From Methyloceanibacter sp. (lineage in GTDB: Bacteria; Pseudomonadota; Alphaproteobacteria; Rhizobiales; Methyloligellaceae): 64,000 nucleotides of DNA. The stretch is from contig DATMDY010000093.1 in NCBI GenBank assembly GCA_035557335.1, positions 4,194-68,193 on the forward strand, read 5' to 3'. A program made the translations under genes and the position numbers. How positions within the stretch are numbered: the first letter of the stretch is position 1; every line of letters begins with the position of its first letter. The notes under the pieces were generated by a model, which had not been told where the DNA came from, did not search any database, and saw only the letters and a list, made by a program, of their open reading frames with translations. Shown here piece after piece: positions 30,244 to 40,481 of this stretch.

Positions 30244-31127
30244 CCGGCGGCCGACCCTCTTCAAGCGAAGGCCCGTCGCCTCAGGTGGACGTGCCCTATC
30301 GGCTGGCCTGGCGGACCTCCGACGTGCGCATCGGCGCCCATCGCGGCAAGATCGAAGGGGCAGGGGGGCTATTCCGCGATTTCGACCTGCTAATGCGCTC
30401 ACCCGACCCGCGCCGCATCGACCTGCGCATGAGCGCGCGCGATCCCTTCGACACGCTCTATGTCAGGCGCTTCGAGCAGAAGACCTCGATCTCGGTCTAC
30501 GCGCTCGTAGATCTCTCCGCCTCCATGGGATTTGAGGGTGGCGTCGACAAGATGCAGGTGGTCGCCGATCTGGCCGGCGCGCTGGCGGCCTCCGCGCGCC
30601 GCATCGGCGATAATTTCGGCCTGATCGGTTGCGACGAGAAGATCATCCCCGAATTCTTCCTGCCGGCGACGCGCTCGCGCGGCGGCGAAGCCGAGATGAT
30701 CTCGCAGCTCCGCTCATACGTTCCGACCGGACATAGCGCGGAAGGTCTGCTCGAGGCGGCCGGCTATGTCACCGGGCGGCGCAAGCTGGTCTTCGTCATC
30801 TCCGATTTCTACCTGCCGCTTCCTTTGATCGAGGCCCTGTTCGAGGCGCTGTCGCAGCATGATGTCGTACCCATCGTGCTCAAGGACCGGCGCGAGCTTG
30901 AAGATCTGCCGCGTTACGGGCTGATCTCGCTCACCGACCTCGAGACCGGGCGGCGGCGGTTGCTGGCGATGCGGCCGAGTCTGCGCGCCGAATGGCTGCA
31001 CAAGGACGCCGAGCATGCCCGCGCCCTTCGCGCTCTTGCCATGCGCTATGGACGGCCGCCTTTCGAGATTCTCGGTCCCATCAATTGGGACCGGCTTGGC
31101 GCTTATCTGATGGGCGAAGCCGCGTGA
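30240..31127 (+). CDS. mxaS: MxaS (DUF58/VWA-like)
   Basis: PDPRRIDLRMS, VDLSASMGF, VISDF; follows mxaR. Confidence 0.9.
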   Translation: MTGGRPSSSEGPSPQVDVPYRLAWRTSDVRIGAHRGKIEGAGGLFRDFDLLMRSPDPRRIDLRMSARDPFDTLYVRRFEQKTSISVYALVDLSASMGFEGGVDKMQVVADLAGALAASARRIGDNFGLIGCDEKIIPEFFLPATRSRGGEAEMISQLRSYVPTGHSAEGLLEAAGYVTGRRKLVFVISDFYLPLPLIEALFEALSQHDVVPIVLKDRRELEDLPRYGLISLTDLETGRRRLLAMRPSLRAEWLHKDAEHARALRALAMRYGRPPFEILGPINWDRLGAYLMGEAA

Positions 31128-32050
31128 AACTGTTCCTGCTTGCCATGCTTGCCTTCTCTTCGGCCGCCGCGGCCCAAGAAGCGGCCCCGCCAAATCTGTC
31201 GGTCGTCACCATCGAGCCTCGCAGCTTCGGCTATTTCGTCGGCGACACTTTCCGCCGCGACATCGATATGACCGTCGCCGCGCCTTACCGGCTGGAGCAC
31301 GCCTCGCAGCCCTCGCCGGGCCGGCTCAATTATTGGCTCGATCTGCGCGGTGTGAAGGTCGCCGAGACCGAATCGTCGGGTTTGCGCCGCTACAGGCTCA
31401 GCCTCGACTACCAGACTTTCTATGTGCCACTGTCGTCGGCACCGCTCACCGTCCCCGGCCTGACGCTGCGCTTCTCCGACGCGGACGGCAATGCCGTCGA
31501 TGCGGAGGCGCCTCCTTTCAAATTCGTCATGGCCCCCTTGCGCGAGATCCAGCCCGAGAGGCCGGAAGAGGGGCCCTCCGGTTACCTCAAGCCCGACGCG
31601 GTGCCTAAGAAGGTCGGCACGCTCGAAAGCCGTATCGCCTTCGGCATCGGCAGCCTTGCCGCTTTGCTTGGGCTTGCGCTGCTCGCTCATCACCAGGCGT
31701 GGTGGCCGTTCCGCGCACGTCCCCAGCGGCCCTTCACCCAAGCGGCCCGCGCCATCAAGGGGCGCTCCGCGCATGACGACGACCTTGAAAATTATCGTGC
31801 CGGGCTGATCGAGCTTCACCGCGCCTTCGACGTGTCCGCGGGCCGCCGGCTGCTCGCCGAGGACGTGCCCGGCTTCCTCGCGGAGCATCGGGAATTCCAG
31901 CCGCTCAAGGAAGATATTTCCCGGTTTTTTGCCACCTCGCGACGAGCGTTTTTCGGCAATGACGTGCAGGGCGCGGCCAAGGTCATGCCGTTTGATTCCG
32001 TCGCCAAACTCGGTTCACGCCTCGGCGAGGCCGAACGGAGGGTGGCATGA
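31124..32050 (+). CDS. mxaA: MxaA
   Basis: PRSFGYFVGD, YWLDL, YQTFY, LHRAFD; GTGA overlap with mxaS. Confidence 0.88.
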   Translation: MKLFLLAMLAFSSAAAAQEAAPPNLSVVTIEPRSFGYFVGDTFRRDIDMTVAAPYRLEHASQPSPGRLNYWLDLRGVKVAETESSGLRRYRLSLDYQTFYVPLSSAPLTVPGLTLRFSDADGNAVDAEAPPFKFVMAPLREIQPERPEEGPSGYLKPDAVPKKVGTLESRIAFGIGSLAALLGLALLAHHQAWWPFRARPQRPFTQAARAIKGRSAHDDDLENYRAGLIELHRAFDVSAGRRLLAEDVPGFLAEHREFQPLKEDISRFFATSRRAFFGNDVQGAAKVMPFDSVAKLGSRLGEAERRVA

Positions 32051-33810
32051 ATATCGCGGTGACATATCCCTATCTGCTTCTGCTGCTGCCGCTGGCGGCG
32101 CTGCCCCTCTTCGCCTCGGCGCAGGAATCGGAATCCTATCCGTCGCTCAGCGCGGCCAAGGCCGACGCACTCTCGACCGTCGTCGATTTCGGCCTTCGCC
32201 TGCTAGGGTCGATCGCCATTATCGGCCTCGTCCTCGGTCTTGCCGGTCTGCATCGTCTCGATCAAAGCATCGAGCGCCTCGGCGAAGGGGCCAATATCGT
32301 GCTCCTGTTCGACCGCTCCGCCAGCATGAACGACAGCTTCGCGGGGGAAGCGCCGGCCGGGGGCGAGGAATCGAAATCTTCCGCCGCCCGTCGCTTTCTC
32401 AACGCGTTCGTGGCCAAGCGCGAGCATGACCGTTTTGGCGTCGCGGCGTTCTCGACGTCGCCCATGTTCGTACTGCCGCTCTCCGACCACAAGGAAGCGA
32501 CGATCGGCGCCATCGACGCCATCGAGCTGCCGGGCCTCGCCTATACCAATGTAGGCAAGGGGCTCGCGCTCGCGCTCGCCATGCACGACGCCGACATTCT
32601 GTCCACGCAAGGCGACGACGGCGGCATCGCGTCGCGCGCCATCGTGCTAGTCTCCGACGGCGCGGCGGTGATCGACCGCAAGCTGCAGCAGAGGCTCGAA
32701 GCGGCATTCACCCGCCGCCCCGTGAGCCTCTATTGGATTTTCCTGCGCACCGAAGGCAGTCGCGGTCTTTATGAGGCACCGCAGAGCGGCCGGCCAGATA
32801 CGCCCTCCGCCATGCCGGAGCGACACCTCAATCTGTTTTTCGAACATCTCAAGATTCCCTACAGGGCGTTCGAGGTGGAAAATCCCGCCGCGGTCGGCGA
32901 GGCCATTGCCGCCATCGACAAGCTCGAGCGGCGGCCGATGCGCTACGGGGAGCGCATTCCGCAAAAAGATCTCTCGGGGATTGCCTACGGCGTGTCGGCG
33001 GCAGCGCTGCTGCTGCTTGTCCTCGCCAAGCTCGCCGAGACCAAGATCGCCGGGCCGAGAAATGCCCGTACCAGCTTGAAAACAAATACGAATATCCTCC
33101 TTGCCGGTCTCGTGATCTCGGCGCTCGCCATCGGGTCCGGAGAGACGCGCGCGGCCGAACTGACCCGCGAGCAGGTCATGGTCATCATCGCCGCGGCAGG
33201 CGACGAGCGGCCCGACCTCACCCGCCGGGACCTGACCGGGCTCGATCTGTCAGGCGTGGATTTCAAGGGCGCCGATATGTTCGCTGCAAACTTAAGCGGA
33301 TCGATGCTGCAACGCGCCAACTTTTCCGGCGCCAATCTCGCCCGCGTGGTCGCCAACGAAGCCGATTTTTCCGACGCCAACTTCTTCAAAACCGACATGT
33401 TCGCCGTAGTGATGAACGGCGCCGACCTCACCGGTGCCGATCTGTCGTCCGCGCGCATCATCGGCGAACTCAAGAACGCCCGCATGGACAAGGTTAAAAT
33501 GATCGGTACCGATCTTGGCGCCGATCCGGCCAATCAGGGCATGGTGCCGGTCAGGGTGGACATGTCCGGCGTGAGCCTGGACGGCGCCGATCTTACCGGC
33601 GCGAACCTTATCCATACCGTGCTCGCCTTCGCCACGCTGCGCAATTCGACGCTGGTCAAGACGAAGTTCAACTGGGCGAAGCTCTCCGGCGCCGACCTGA
33701 ACGGCGCCGACGTAACGGGAGCCAATTTTTCCGATGCCGATCTCGAAGGTGCCTCGCTTGCCGGCCTTAAAGGCGCGGACAGCGCCATCGGCCTTCCCGG
33801 GGGCCAATGA
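32047..33810 (+). CDS. mxaC: MxaC (VWA) fused to a C-terminal pentapeptide-repeat domain
   Basis: DRSASMND MIDAS, FSTSP, VSDGAA, LYWIFLR, PERHLNLFF, then a hydrophobic segment and A(D/N)LXX repeats in one uninterrupted 587-aa frame. Confidence 0.88.
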   Translation: MNIAVTYPYLLLLLPLAALPLFASAQESESYPSLSAAKADALSTVVDFGLRLLGSIAIIGLVLGLAGLHRLDQSIERLGEGANIVLLFDRSASMNDSFAGEAPAGGEESKSSAARRFLNAFVAKREHDRFGVAAFSTSPMFVLPLSDHKEATIGAIDAIELPGLAYTNVGKGLALALAMHDADILSTQGDDGGIASRAIVLVSDGAAVIDRKLQQRLEAAFTRRPVSLYWIFLRTEGSRGLYEAPQSGRPDTPSAMPERHLNLFFEHLKIPYRAFEVENPAAVGEAIAAIDKLERRPMRYGERIPQKDLSGIAYGVSAAALLLLVLAKLAETKIAGPRNARTSLKTNTNILLAGLVISALAIGSGETRAAELTREQVMVIIAAAGDERPDLTRRDLTGLDLSGVDFKGADMFAANLSGSMLQRANFSGANLARVVANEADFSDANFFKTDMFAVVMNGADLTGADLSSARIIGELKNARMDKVKMIGTDLGADPANQGMVPVRVDMSGVSLDGADLTGANLIHTVLAFATLRNSTLVKTKFNWAKLSGADLNGADVTGANFSDADLEGASLAGLKGADSAIGLPGGQ

Positions 33811-34418
33811 TGATGCGCGGCGACAAAAGCCACCCGAGTCTTTCGCGCCGTCTGTTTGGCGTCCTCTACGCCGCGCGCATGGTGTTCATCTGGCTCCTGC
33901 TCGCGGCGGGTGTCGGCCTCATGCTCGTCTCCGGCTGGAACTGGTACGCGAATTGGCGCGACAACCGGATCGTCACCGCGCTGCTTGCCGGGGAGAATGT
34001 CGAGATCGATCCCAACACGGCGTCGTCCAACGTCCTGTTCGCTCGCGCCTATTATCTTCTGAGGCGCGACCGCATCGATGAGGCGCAGGTTCTGCTCGAT
34101 CAGGCGAATTTCCGCGGGAGCCCCGAGGTACGCGTGTCGATGCTTTACGACATGGCCAATACGCGGCTCCGAGCCACGTTCGACGCCATCGAGAGGGGGG
34201 AGTTCGACAAGGCGACCGCGATCGTCGGGCTGGTCAAGGACGACTACGCGGCGGCCCTTCGCCTCGACCCCCAAGCCTGGAACGTGAAATACAATCTCGA
34301 TGTCGCCGCGCGGCTGGTGCGCGACCTGCCCGTCGTCGAATCGACTGAAGAGCCGACCCAGGAACTCCCGCAGCAATTGTGGACCGATTTGCCCGGCACT
34401 CCCAAGGGTGGACCATGA
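33807..34418 (+). CDS. mxaK: MxaK
   Basis: TPR-like LYDMAN, KYNLDVAARLVRDLP, WTDLPGTPKGGP. Confidence 0.88.
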   Translation: MMMRGDKSHPSLSRRLFGVLYAARMVFIWLLLAAGVGLMLVSGWNWYANWRDNRIVTALLAGENVEIDPNTASSNVLFARAYYLLRRDRIDEAQVLLDQANFRGSPEVRVSMLYDMANTRLRATFDAIERGEFDKATAIVGLVKDDYAAALRLDPQAWNVKYNLDVAARLVRDLPVVESTEEPTQELPQQLWTDLPGTPKGGP

Positions 34419-35434
34419 ACCGCGCCGTCTATCGCGATGTCCGCTTCTGGCTGCTGGCGCTGGCCTTTGCGCTCATCGTCGCCGGCCTGTTCCTGCCGCG
34501 CGTCAAGCTGACCCGCGATGCTTACGACACGCTCGCCATCGTCGACATCACCAGCAGCATGAACACCCACGACCTGACTCTTGCCGGCAAGCCGGCAAGC
34601 CGGCTCGATGTTATCAAGGACCGGCTGCGTTATTTCGTGACCAACCTGCCCTGCCAGTCGAAGTTCGGGTTTGGCATCTTCACCACGCGGCGTGTGTTCA
34701 TCCTGTTCGAGCCGATCGAGACTTGCGCCAATTTCGCCAGCATCGACGCGGCCATCAGCGGGCTCAATTGGCGCATGGCCTGGGAAGGCGACAGCCACGT
34801 CACCACTGGCGTGCATGACGCCATTGCCACGGCCGAGGGGCTCGGCGCGGGGCTCCTCTTCTTCACCGATGGTCAAGAGTCGCCCCCGCTTCATTGGAGC
34901 GGCATGCCGGCGTTTTCCGGTGAACCGGGCAAGGTCAAAGGGCTTCTCGTCGGCGTGGGCGGCAAGACCCTGTCGCCGATGACGAAATATGACGACGAGG
35001 GGCGCGAGGTCGGCACGCTCGAGCCTGACGACGTGCCGCAGGAAAATCGTTCCGGCCGTCCGCCGCCCGATGCCGAGCAGCGCCCCGGCTACCACCCGAA
35101 ATGGGCGCCGTACGGCAATGCCCGGGTTGACGGCACCGAGCATCTCTCATCGGTCAAGGAAGACCATTTGCGGGCGATCGCCGCTCAGACCGGCCTCACT
35201 TACCTTTATCTCGACGGGGGGGCGCCGTTGCTCAAGGCGTTCGAGACGGTGGCCGAGCCGCGCGCGGTCGTGGTTGCAACCGACATAAGGCCCTATCCGG
35301 CGGCGCTCGCTCTCACTCTTCTGCTCATCCTGTACGGCGTCCTGCCGCTTCGCGACTGGCTACGGCAATCTAAAGCTCACCGCATCGCCCGTTCGGGTCA
35401 GGCAACCGTCAAACTGAAAGAGGTATCTTCATGA
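34415..35434 (+). CDS. mxaL: MxaL (VWA)
   Basis: VDITSSMN, LPCQS, WRMAWEGDS, FTDGQESPP, EHLSS. Confidence 0.9.
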   Translation: MNRAVYRDVRFWLLALAFALIVAGLFLPRVKLTRDAYDTLAIVDITSSMNTHDLTLAGKPASRLDVIKDRLRYFVTNLPCQSKFGFGIFTTRRVFILFEPIETCANFASIDAAISGLNWRMAWEGDSHVTTGVHDAIATAEGLGAGLLFFTDGQESPPLHWSGMPAFSGEPGKVKGLLVGVGGKTLSPMTKYDDEGREVGTLEPDDVPQENRSGRPPPDAEQRPGYHPKWAPYGNARVDGTEHLSSVKEDHLRAIAAQTGLTYLYLDGGAPLLKAFETVAEPRAVVVATDIRPYPAALALTLLLILYGVLPLRDWLRQSKAHRIARSGQATVKLKEVSS

Positions 35435-35973
35435 TGATTTGGGCGAGACTGCTCGTAATGATTGCCGCAACGCTGACATTCGCCGACTTTCCGTCGGTAG
35501 CGCATGGGCCAACGCCGCAGAAAGTGGAGGAAAAGATCGCCATCGCCGCGCCGCCCCAAATCGTGTGGGATGCGGTCAAGGATTTCGATGCGCTAACCTC
35601 TTGGAATCCTTTGGTCGAGAGCAGCGCCGGCAGCGGCGGCAATGAGGCCAACGGCACGCGCGAGGTGGTGCTCAAATCGGGCGGTAAGCTCATCGACAGC
35701 CTCGACGAATATTCCGGCGAGGACATGTCCTATTCCTATCGTCTGGCCGAACCGAATATCGAAGCTTTCCCGGTCAGCTTCTATTCCGCCACCTTGACCG
35801 TCCGGCCGGGCGAGAACGGCGGTAGCGAGGTCGAATGGAGCGGCCGCTTCTATCGCGCCGATACCGGCAATTTCCCGTCCGAAGCTCAGAACGATCAGGC
35901 CGCCATCGATGCCATGACCAAGTTCTTCAAGGAGGGACTGGAGAGCCTGAAACAGAAAATCGAGACGCCTTGA
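35431..35973 (+). CDS. mxaD: MxaD (SRPBCC family)
   Basis: AHGPTPQKVEE, PVSFYSAT, FYRADTGNFP. Confidence 0.9.
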   Translation: MMIWARLLVMIAATLTFADFPSVAHGPTPQKVEEKIAIAAPPQIVWDAVKDFDALTSWNPLVESSAGSGGNEANGTREVVLKSGGKLIDSLDEYSGEDMSYSYRLAEPNIEAFPVSFYSATLTVRPGENGGSEVEWSGRFYRADTGNFPSEAQNDQAAIDAMTKFFKEGLESLKQKIETP

Positions 35974-35990
35974 GGAAAGGCCCCCACGCC

Positions 35991-36950
35991 ATGTCCTGCC
36001 GGGCGGCAAAGATCGTGCCGCTGCTTCTGCTCCCGGTGCTCGTTTGCAGCACTGCGTCGGCTGCGGCGCCGCTGCTCTATATCACCAATCAGGATGAGGG
36101 TAGCGTCTCGGTGATCGACACCGCCAACGACGCCAATGTCGCGACCCTGACGGTGGGTCCCGGTCCGGCCATGATCGCGGCCTCAACGAACGGCAGGCGT
36201 CTCTATGTCACTCACCCCGAGCAGGGGAAACTGACCATCCTCGACAATCAATCGCTCGGGTCTCCCAAGGTGATCGATGTCACCGGCACGCCTTTCGGAG
36301 TCGCCGCAGCGCCGGACGGGCGCATCTATGTCAGCGACTGGAACCGCAATCTCGTTACCGTGCTCGACGGAGAGAACGGTGCGAAGCTCGCGGAAATCCC
36401 CGTAGGGTTAGCCCCGGCGCAAGTCGCCGTCTCGCCCCTGAACCGGCGGGTCTTCGTCGCCAACCGCGAAGGCGACAGCGTCAGCGTGATCGACACCGAC
36501 AGGCTCATCGTCATCGCCACCGTGACGGTCGGTCGCGCGCCCTTCGCCGTGGCGGTGTCGCCGCGCGGCGACCGCATTTACGTCGCCAACGTTCAGAGTT
36601 CCGATCTCTCGGTGCTAAGCGCCGAGAGTCTGGAGCAACTCGGCACCGCGCGCGTGGGCGCCATGCCCTATGGCGTAGCGGTGGCACCGAGCGGCGAGCG
36701 TGTGCTGGTGGCCAATCAGCAATCGGGCACGGTGAACGTGGTCGACACGCCGTCCTTGGTGGTGACTCACCGCGAGCGGGTCGGCCGCTATCCGGAAAAC
36801 ATCGTCATGCATCCCGACGGCAGCAAAGCCTATGTGGTCAACTGGATGTCGGGCGATATCTCAGTGCTCAACGGCGAGACCGGGCGCGAGCTGAAGCGCC
36901 TCAAGGCTGGCGACGGCGCCCGCGGTCTTGCCATCGTTCCGTTGGACTAG
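35991..36950 (+). CDS. mxaE: YVTN beta-propeller, MxaE-like
   Basis: Repeated YITN/YVAN...VSVIDT blades; last gene of the mxa operon. Confidence 0.75.
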   Translation: MSCRAAKIVPLLLLPVLVCSTASAAAPLLYITNQDEGSVSVIDTANDANVATLTVGPGPAMIAASTNGRRLYVTHPEQGKLTILDNQSLGSPKVIDVTGTPFGVAAAPDGRIYVSDWNRNLVTVLDGENGAKLAEIPVGLAPAQVAVSPLNRRVFVANREGDSVSVIDTDRLIVIATVTVGRAPFAVAVSPRGDRIYVANVQSSDLSVLSAESLEQLGTARVGAMPYGVAVAPSGERVLVANQQSGTVNVVDTPSLVVTHRERVGRYPENIVMHPDGSKAYVVNWMSGDISVLNGETGRELKRLKAGDGARGLAIVPLD

Positions 36951-37136
36951 AAACTCATCCTGTATCAGCCTGTTAGACTGTCACATTGACGCGCGAGCAC
37001 GCCGATCGCTGGCAGTCAGCGTCAGGAAAACGCGCTTGATTGTGACAGCAAGTTGGTCACCCATCACTTCATCTTGTCGAACCGTTGTCTGGCGTACCAT
37101 CAGCATTTGAGGTCATGTCTTTGAGTTACGGGAGTC

Positions 37137-38666
37137 GTGGTTGTGGCCGCTGATGCGTTGGGGGACGGATCGAAAGAGGTCGAGCTCAAGCTTGAGTTCG
37201 ATCCAGCCGATGCCGGCCGCATCGAGGCCCATCCGGCGCTCGCCGCAAGCCCGCCGGAAAAGCAGGCGCTGATCTCGATCTATTACGACACGGGCGATGG
37301 CGCGCTCCGCCGTGCGGGCGTGTATCTCCGCGTGCGCGACAACGGCACGCGCTACGTGCAGACCATCAAAGCCGCTAAGAGCGATGCCGAGCTGCTTGAG
37401 CGCTACGAATGGGAACGGGAGGTTCCCGGCCGCGAGCCCGATCTCGATGCCGCCGAGGGCACCGCGCTCGCGCCATTGTTGACGCCGGAGGTCCGTGAGT
37501 CGCTGCGTCCGCTCTTCGTGAGCCGTATCAGACGCACGATTCACCGCCTCGAGCAGGGCGGCGCCGAGATCGAAATGGCCATCGACGAAGGCGAGATCGT
37601 GTCGAGTACACGCCAGTGTGCCGTGTCGGAGGTGGAGCTCGAGCTGAAGCGTGGCGAGCCGGCGGCGCTGTTCCGCCTGGCCCGCATCCTCGCGGAGACT
37701 TTGCCGCTCAGGCTTGCGGTGAAGACCAAGGCGGAGCGCGGCTTCGAGCTGCTCGAAGGCGGCGCGCAGGCCGTGGAGAAGGCCGCCTCCGTCGATATTC
37801 ACTTGGAAATGCCCAGCGCCGAAGCCTTCCGCGCCATCGCCAGAAACTGCCTCCGGCAGATCATCGCCAATGAGCCGGCGATGTGCGCGAGCAATGCTGA
37901 GGCGCTGCATCAGATGCGCATCGGCTTGCGCCGTCTGCGCGCGGCGATCTCGCTGTTCGCCGATATGGTCGCCGATGCGGCGCTCGATCGCATCAAGGCC
38001 GAGCTTCAGTGGATCACCAAGGAATTGGGTCCCGCGCGCGATCTCGACGTCTTTGCCGTGGAAGTTCTCCAGCCGTTGCAAGAGGCACATCCGGAAGACG
38101 CCGATGTAGCGGAGACCCATCGCAATTTCGCGGAACGCCGCGCGGAGGCATACGCGCAAGCCGCGGGCTCGATCCGGTCAGACCGCTTTCGTGCCGCGTT
38201 GCTCGACTTGGCCGAGTGGACAGAGATCGGTCCGTGGACGCATGAGGATGGCGCCGAACGCGAGGCGCTGCGCGTGCGTCCCGCGGCCGAGCATGCCAGG
38301 AAAGCGCTTCGCCGTCTGCGCAAGCAAATCAGGCATCAAGGATCGGATCTGGATGAGCTCAGCGTCAGCCAGCTTCACAGGCTGCGCATCCGCGCCAAGC
38401 GACTGCGTTACGCCACGGAATTTTTTGCCGCCACCTTCCCTGGCGCCAAGGCGGCAAAACGCAGAGAGAAGTCGCTCGCGGCGCTCAAGGATTTGCAGGA
38501 TGCGCTTGGCAGCCTCAACGACCTGGCGATGCGGCAGACTCTGATCGGCGAGGAAACCGCCGGCCACGCGCGTGGCGATTACGAGGCGAATGTCGACAGG
38601 CTGCTCGCCTCCGCCGAGAAAGCCTACAAGAAGTTCTCGCGCGCCAAGCCCTTCTGGAAGGCGTAG
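37137..38666 (+). CDS. CYTH + CHAD domain protein
   Basis: EVELKL, YYDT, LRVR, EVELELK (CYTH); LHQMRIGLRRLR, RDLDV, LHRLRIRAKRLRY, LQDALGSLND (CHAD). Confidence 0.92.
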   Translation: MVVAADALGDGSKEVELKLEFDPADAGRIEAHPALAASPPEKQALISIYYDTGDGALRRAGVYLRVRDNGTRYVQTIKAAKSDAELLERYEWEREVPGREPDLDAAEGTALAPLLTPEVRESLRPLFVSRIRRTIHRLEQGGAEIEMAIDEGEIVSSTRQCAVSEVELELKRGEPAALFRLARILAETLPLRLAVKTKAERGFELLEGGAQAVEKAASVDIHLEMPSAEAFRAIARNCLRQIIANEPAMCASNAEALHQMRIGLRRLRAAISLFADMVADAALDRIKAELQWITKELGPARDLDVFAVEVLQPLQEAHPEDADVAETHRNFAERRAEAYAQAAGSIRSDRFRAALLDLAEWTEIGPWTHEDGAEREALRVRPAAEHARKALRRLRKQIRHQGSDLDELSVSQLHRLRIRAKRLRYATEFFAATFPGAKAAKRREKSLAALKDLQDALGSLNDLAMRQTLIGEETAGHARGDYEANVDRLLASAEKAYKKFSRAKPFWKA

Positions 38667-38772
38667 CCGATTATAAGCGTGATGCGCCGAGACCGTCTTG
38701 GTCCCCTCCAGTAAGATTCTTTGAGGTGAGTCAAGGACTGCGCCTTCAGACGATGCCGGTACTGATGACGCA

Positions 38773-39021
38773 CTAGCGACGCAACAGAATGCCTATGAGG
38801 AAGCCGGCCCCGAGCGCCATGCCGAGAGTCTTGACCGGCTCGCGCCGCACCGCGTCTTCAAGGGTAACCAGGGCATCGCTTGCCTTGTCTTGCATGCGTT
38901 CGGCCTGATGAGTGCCAGCGCGCTTGAGCGAATTGGTGAGGTTGTCGACGTCCCGGCGAATTTGCTCGATGTCTTCGCTAAGGGCTTGGTGGCTCGGCAT
39001 TTCTGCGTCTTGCGGGGCCAT
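38773..39021 (-). CDS. ElaB/YqjD/DUF883-family small protein
   Basis: Helical N-terminus, VRREPVKTLGMALGAGFLIGILLRR C-terminal anchor; GGAGG RBS. Confidence 0.85.
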   Translation of the reverse strand: MAPQDAEMPSHQALSEDIEQIRRDVDNLTNSLKRAGTHQAERMQDKASDALVTLEDAVRREPVKTLGMALGAGFLIGILLRR

Positions 39022-39082
39022 ATTTTTCCTCCATTTGCATTTTCCGGCTGGACTAAGCTAATCCCTTGAGAATGGGTAATGG

Positions 39083-39096
39083 TTGAGGCGGATCAA
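39083..39096. promoter_or_regulatory. FixK/FNR-type box
   Basis: TTGAG-GCGG-ATCAA between the divergent elaB-like and CBS-BON genes. Confidence 0.6.
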
Positions 39097-39152
39097 GGCG
39101 CCATTTCGGGCGCCATCCAACAATTCTACTGCAAAAGGGGAGGTGCCAGGAG

Positions 39153-39872
39153 ATGAAAGCGGCCGATATCATGACCACCAAGGTGGTCACCGTCGCCGCG
39201 GACGCGACCGCCCAGGAGGCGGCGGCGCAGATGCTTCGCCATCGCGTTAGCGCGCTGCCCGTGGTGGATCAGTCGGGCAAGCTGATCGGCATCGTCAGCG
39301 AAGGCGATCTGATGCGGCGCGGCGAGCTTGGCACGGAGCGCGAGCGGTCCTGGTGGCTGGAGTTGCTGACCTCCAATCGCACTCTGGCGACCGATTACGC
39401 CAAATCGCATGGGCGCAAGGTTTCCGAAGTGATGAGCCGGAAGCTTATCGTCGCGAAACCGGATACGCCGATCAACGACATCGCGCTCCTCTTGGAGCAA
39501 CACGCGATCAAGCGTGTGCCGATTGTCGATAATGGCAAACTCGTGGGCATCGTCGCCCGCGCCAATCTGGTGCAGGCCCTCGCCGGGCTTAAAGTCAAGA
39601 CGCCGGAAAAGCAGGCCGGCAAGGATTCCCAGATTCGGGAGGAGGTGCTGGCGCGGCTCTCCGGCGCGCCGTGGCGCCCCTGGCTCCTAAACGTCACCGT
39701 GCATGACGGTGTGGCCGAGCTTTGGGGCATCGCCAATTCCGGCGACGAGAAGACCGCGGCTGGCGTGGCCGTGGAGAACGCGCCGGGCGTGGTCAAGGTG
39801 AACAATCATATCATCGTGCGCCCTCATAGCTGGTCCGAGGCGAAGCCCTATTTTGCCGAGGACGCCGAGTAG
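39153..39872 (+). CDS. CBS-pair + BON domain protein
   Basis: DIMT..V, VSALPVVD, GIVSEGDL, IKRVPIV, BON motif (VTVHDGVAELWG, AVENAPGV). Confidence 0.9.
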   Translation: MKAADIMTTKVVTVAADATAQEAAAQMLRHRVSALPVVDQSGKLIGIVSEGDLMRRGELGTERERSWWLELLTSNRTLATDYAKSHGRKVSEVMSRKLIVAKPDTPINDIALLLEQHAIKRVPIVDNGKLVGIVARANLVQALAGLKVKTPEKQAGKDSQIREEVLARLSGAPWRPWLLNVTVHDGVAELWGIANSGDEKTAAGVAVENAPGVVKVNNHIIVRPHSWSEAKPYFAEDAE

Positions 39873-39993
39873 AGTGATCCGCATCGTGCTGCCGAGCCAT
39901 CCCATGCCGGAAATTCCGTGCGCCACACGGGAAATCGCCGATCTCGCCGCTTATATAAAATGACTCTGCGAGATCCAGGAGAGCGGTAAGCCC

Positions 39994-40431
39994 ATGAAAA
40001 AGGCAAAGATCTGGTACGTCATCGCCGACGGCGGCAAGGCGCGGTTCGTCGAGCGGGATGAAAAAGGTGCGTTCCGCACGGTGGTCAGCTTCGTCTCTAC
40101 CGAGCTACACGCCAAATCGAGTGACCTTGGCCGTGACCGTCCCGCGCGCGTCATGGAAAGTGTTGCACATGGGCGCTCGGCCGTCGAGCCACGCCGCGAC
40201 CTGAAAGAGGCTGCCGAGGCGGATTTCGTCAAGCTCGTCGCTGAAGAAATCGATGCCGGCTACAAGCGCAAGCAGTTCGACCGGCTGGTGTTGGTCGCGC
40301 CAGCCGGTGCTCTGACCGAGCTCAAGAAGAATCTCGATAAGCCGCTCGCCAAGATCGTGGTCAATGATCTGCAAAAAGATCTGACCAACGTGCCCGACCA
40401 CGAGCTCACCCGGCACCTCGTGCCCTCCTAA
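39994..40431 (+). CDS. Host-attachment family protein (AtsE/baeRF12-like)
   Basis: WYVIADGGKARF, DLGRDRPAR, LVLVAP, KDLT. Confidence 0.85.
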   Translation: MKKAKIWYVIADGGKARFVERDEKGAFRTVVSFVSTELHAKSSDLGRDRPARVMESVAHGRSAVEPRRDLKEAAEADFVKLVAEEIDAGYKRKQFDRLVLVAPAGALTELKKNLDKPLAKIVVNDLQKDLTNVPDHELTRHLVPS

Positions 40432-40481
40432 ACAGGGTTAGTCGAGCCGGCCGGCGGAGAGTTTGAAGGGCTGGCAATGCG

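Noticed and set aside
33151-33790. Periodic DNA repeats (GGCGCCGA(C/T)CT) as a CRISPR or tandem array
   Set aside because: Explained by pentapeptide protein repeats; no fixed repeat-spacer structure and no cas genes.
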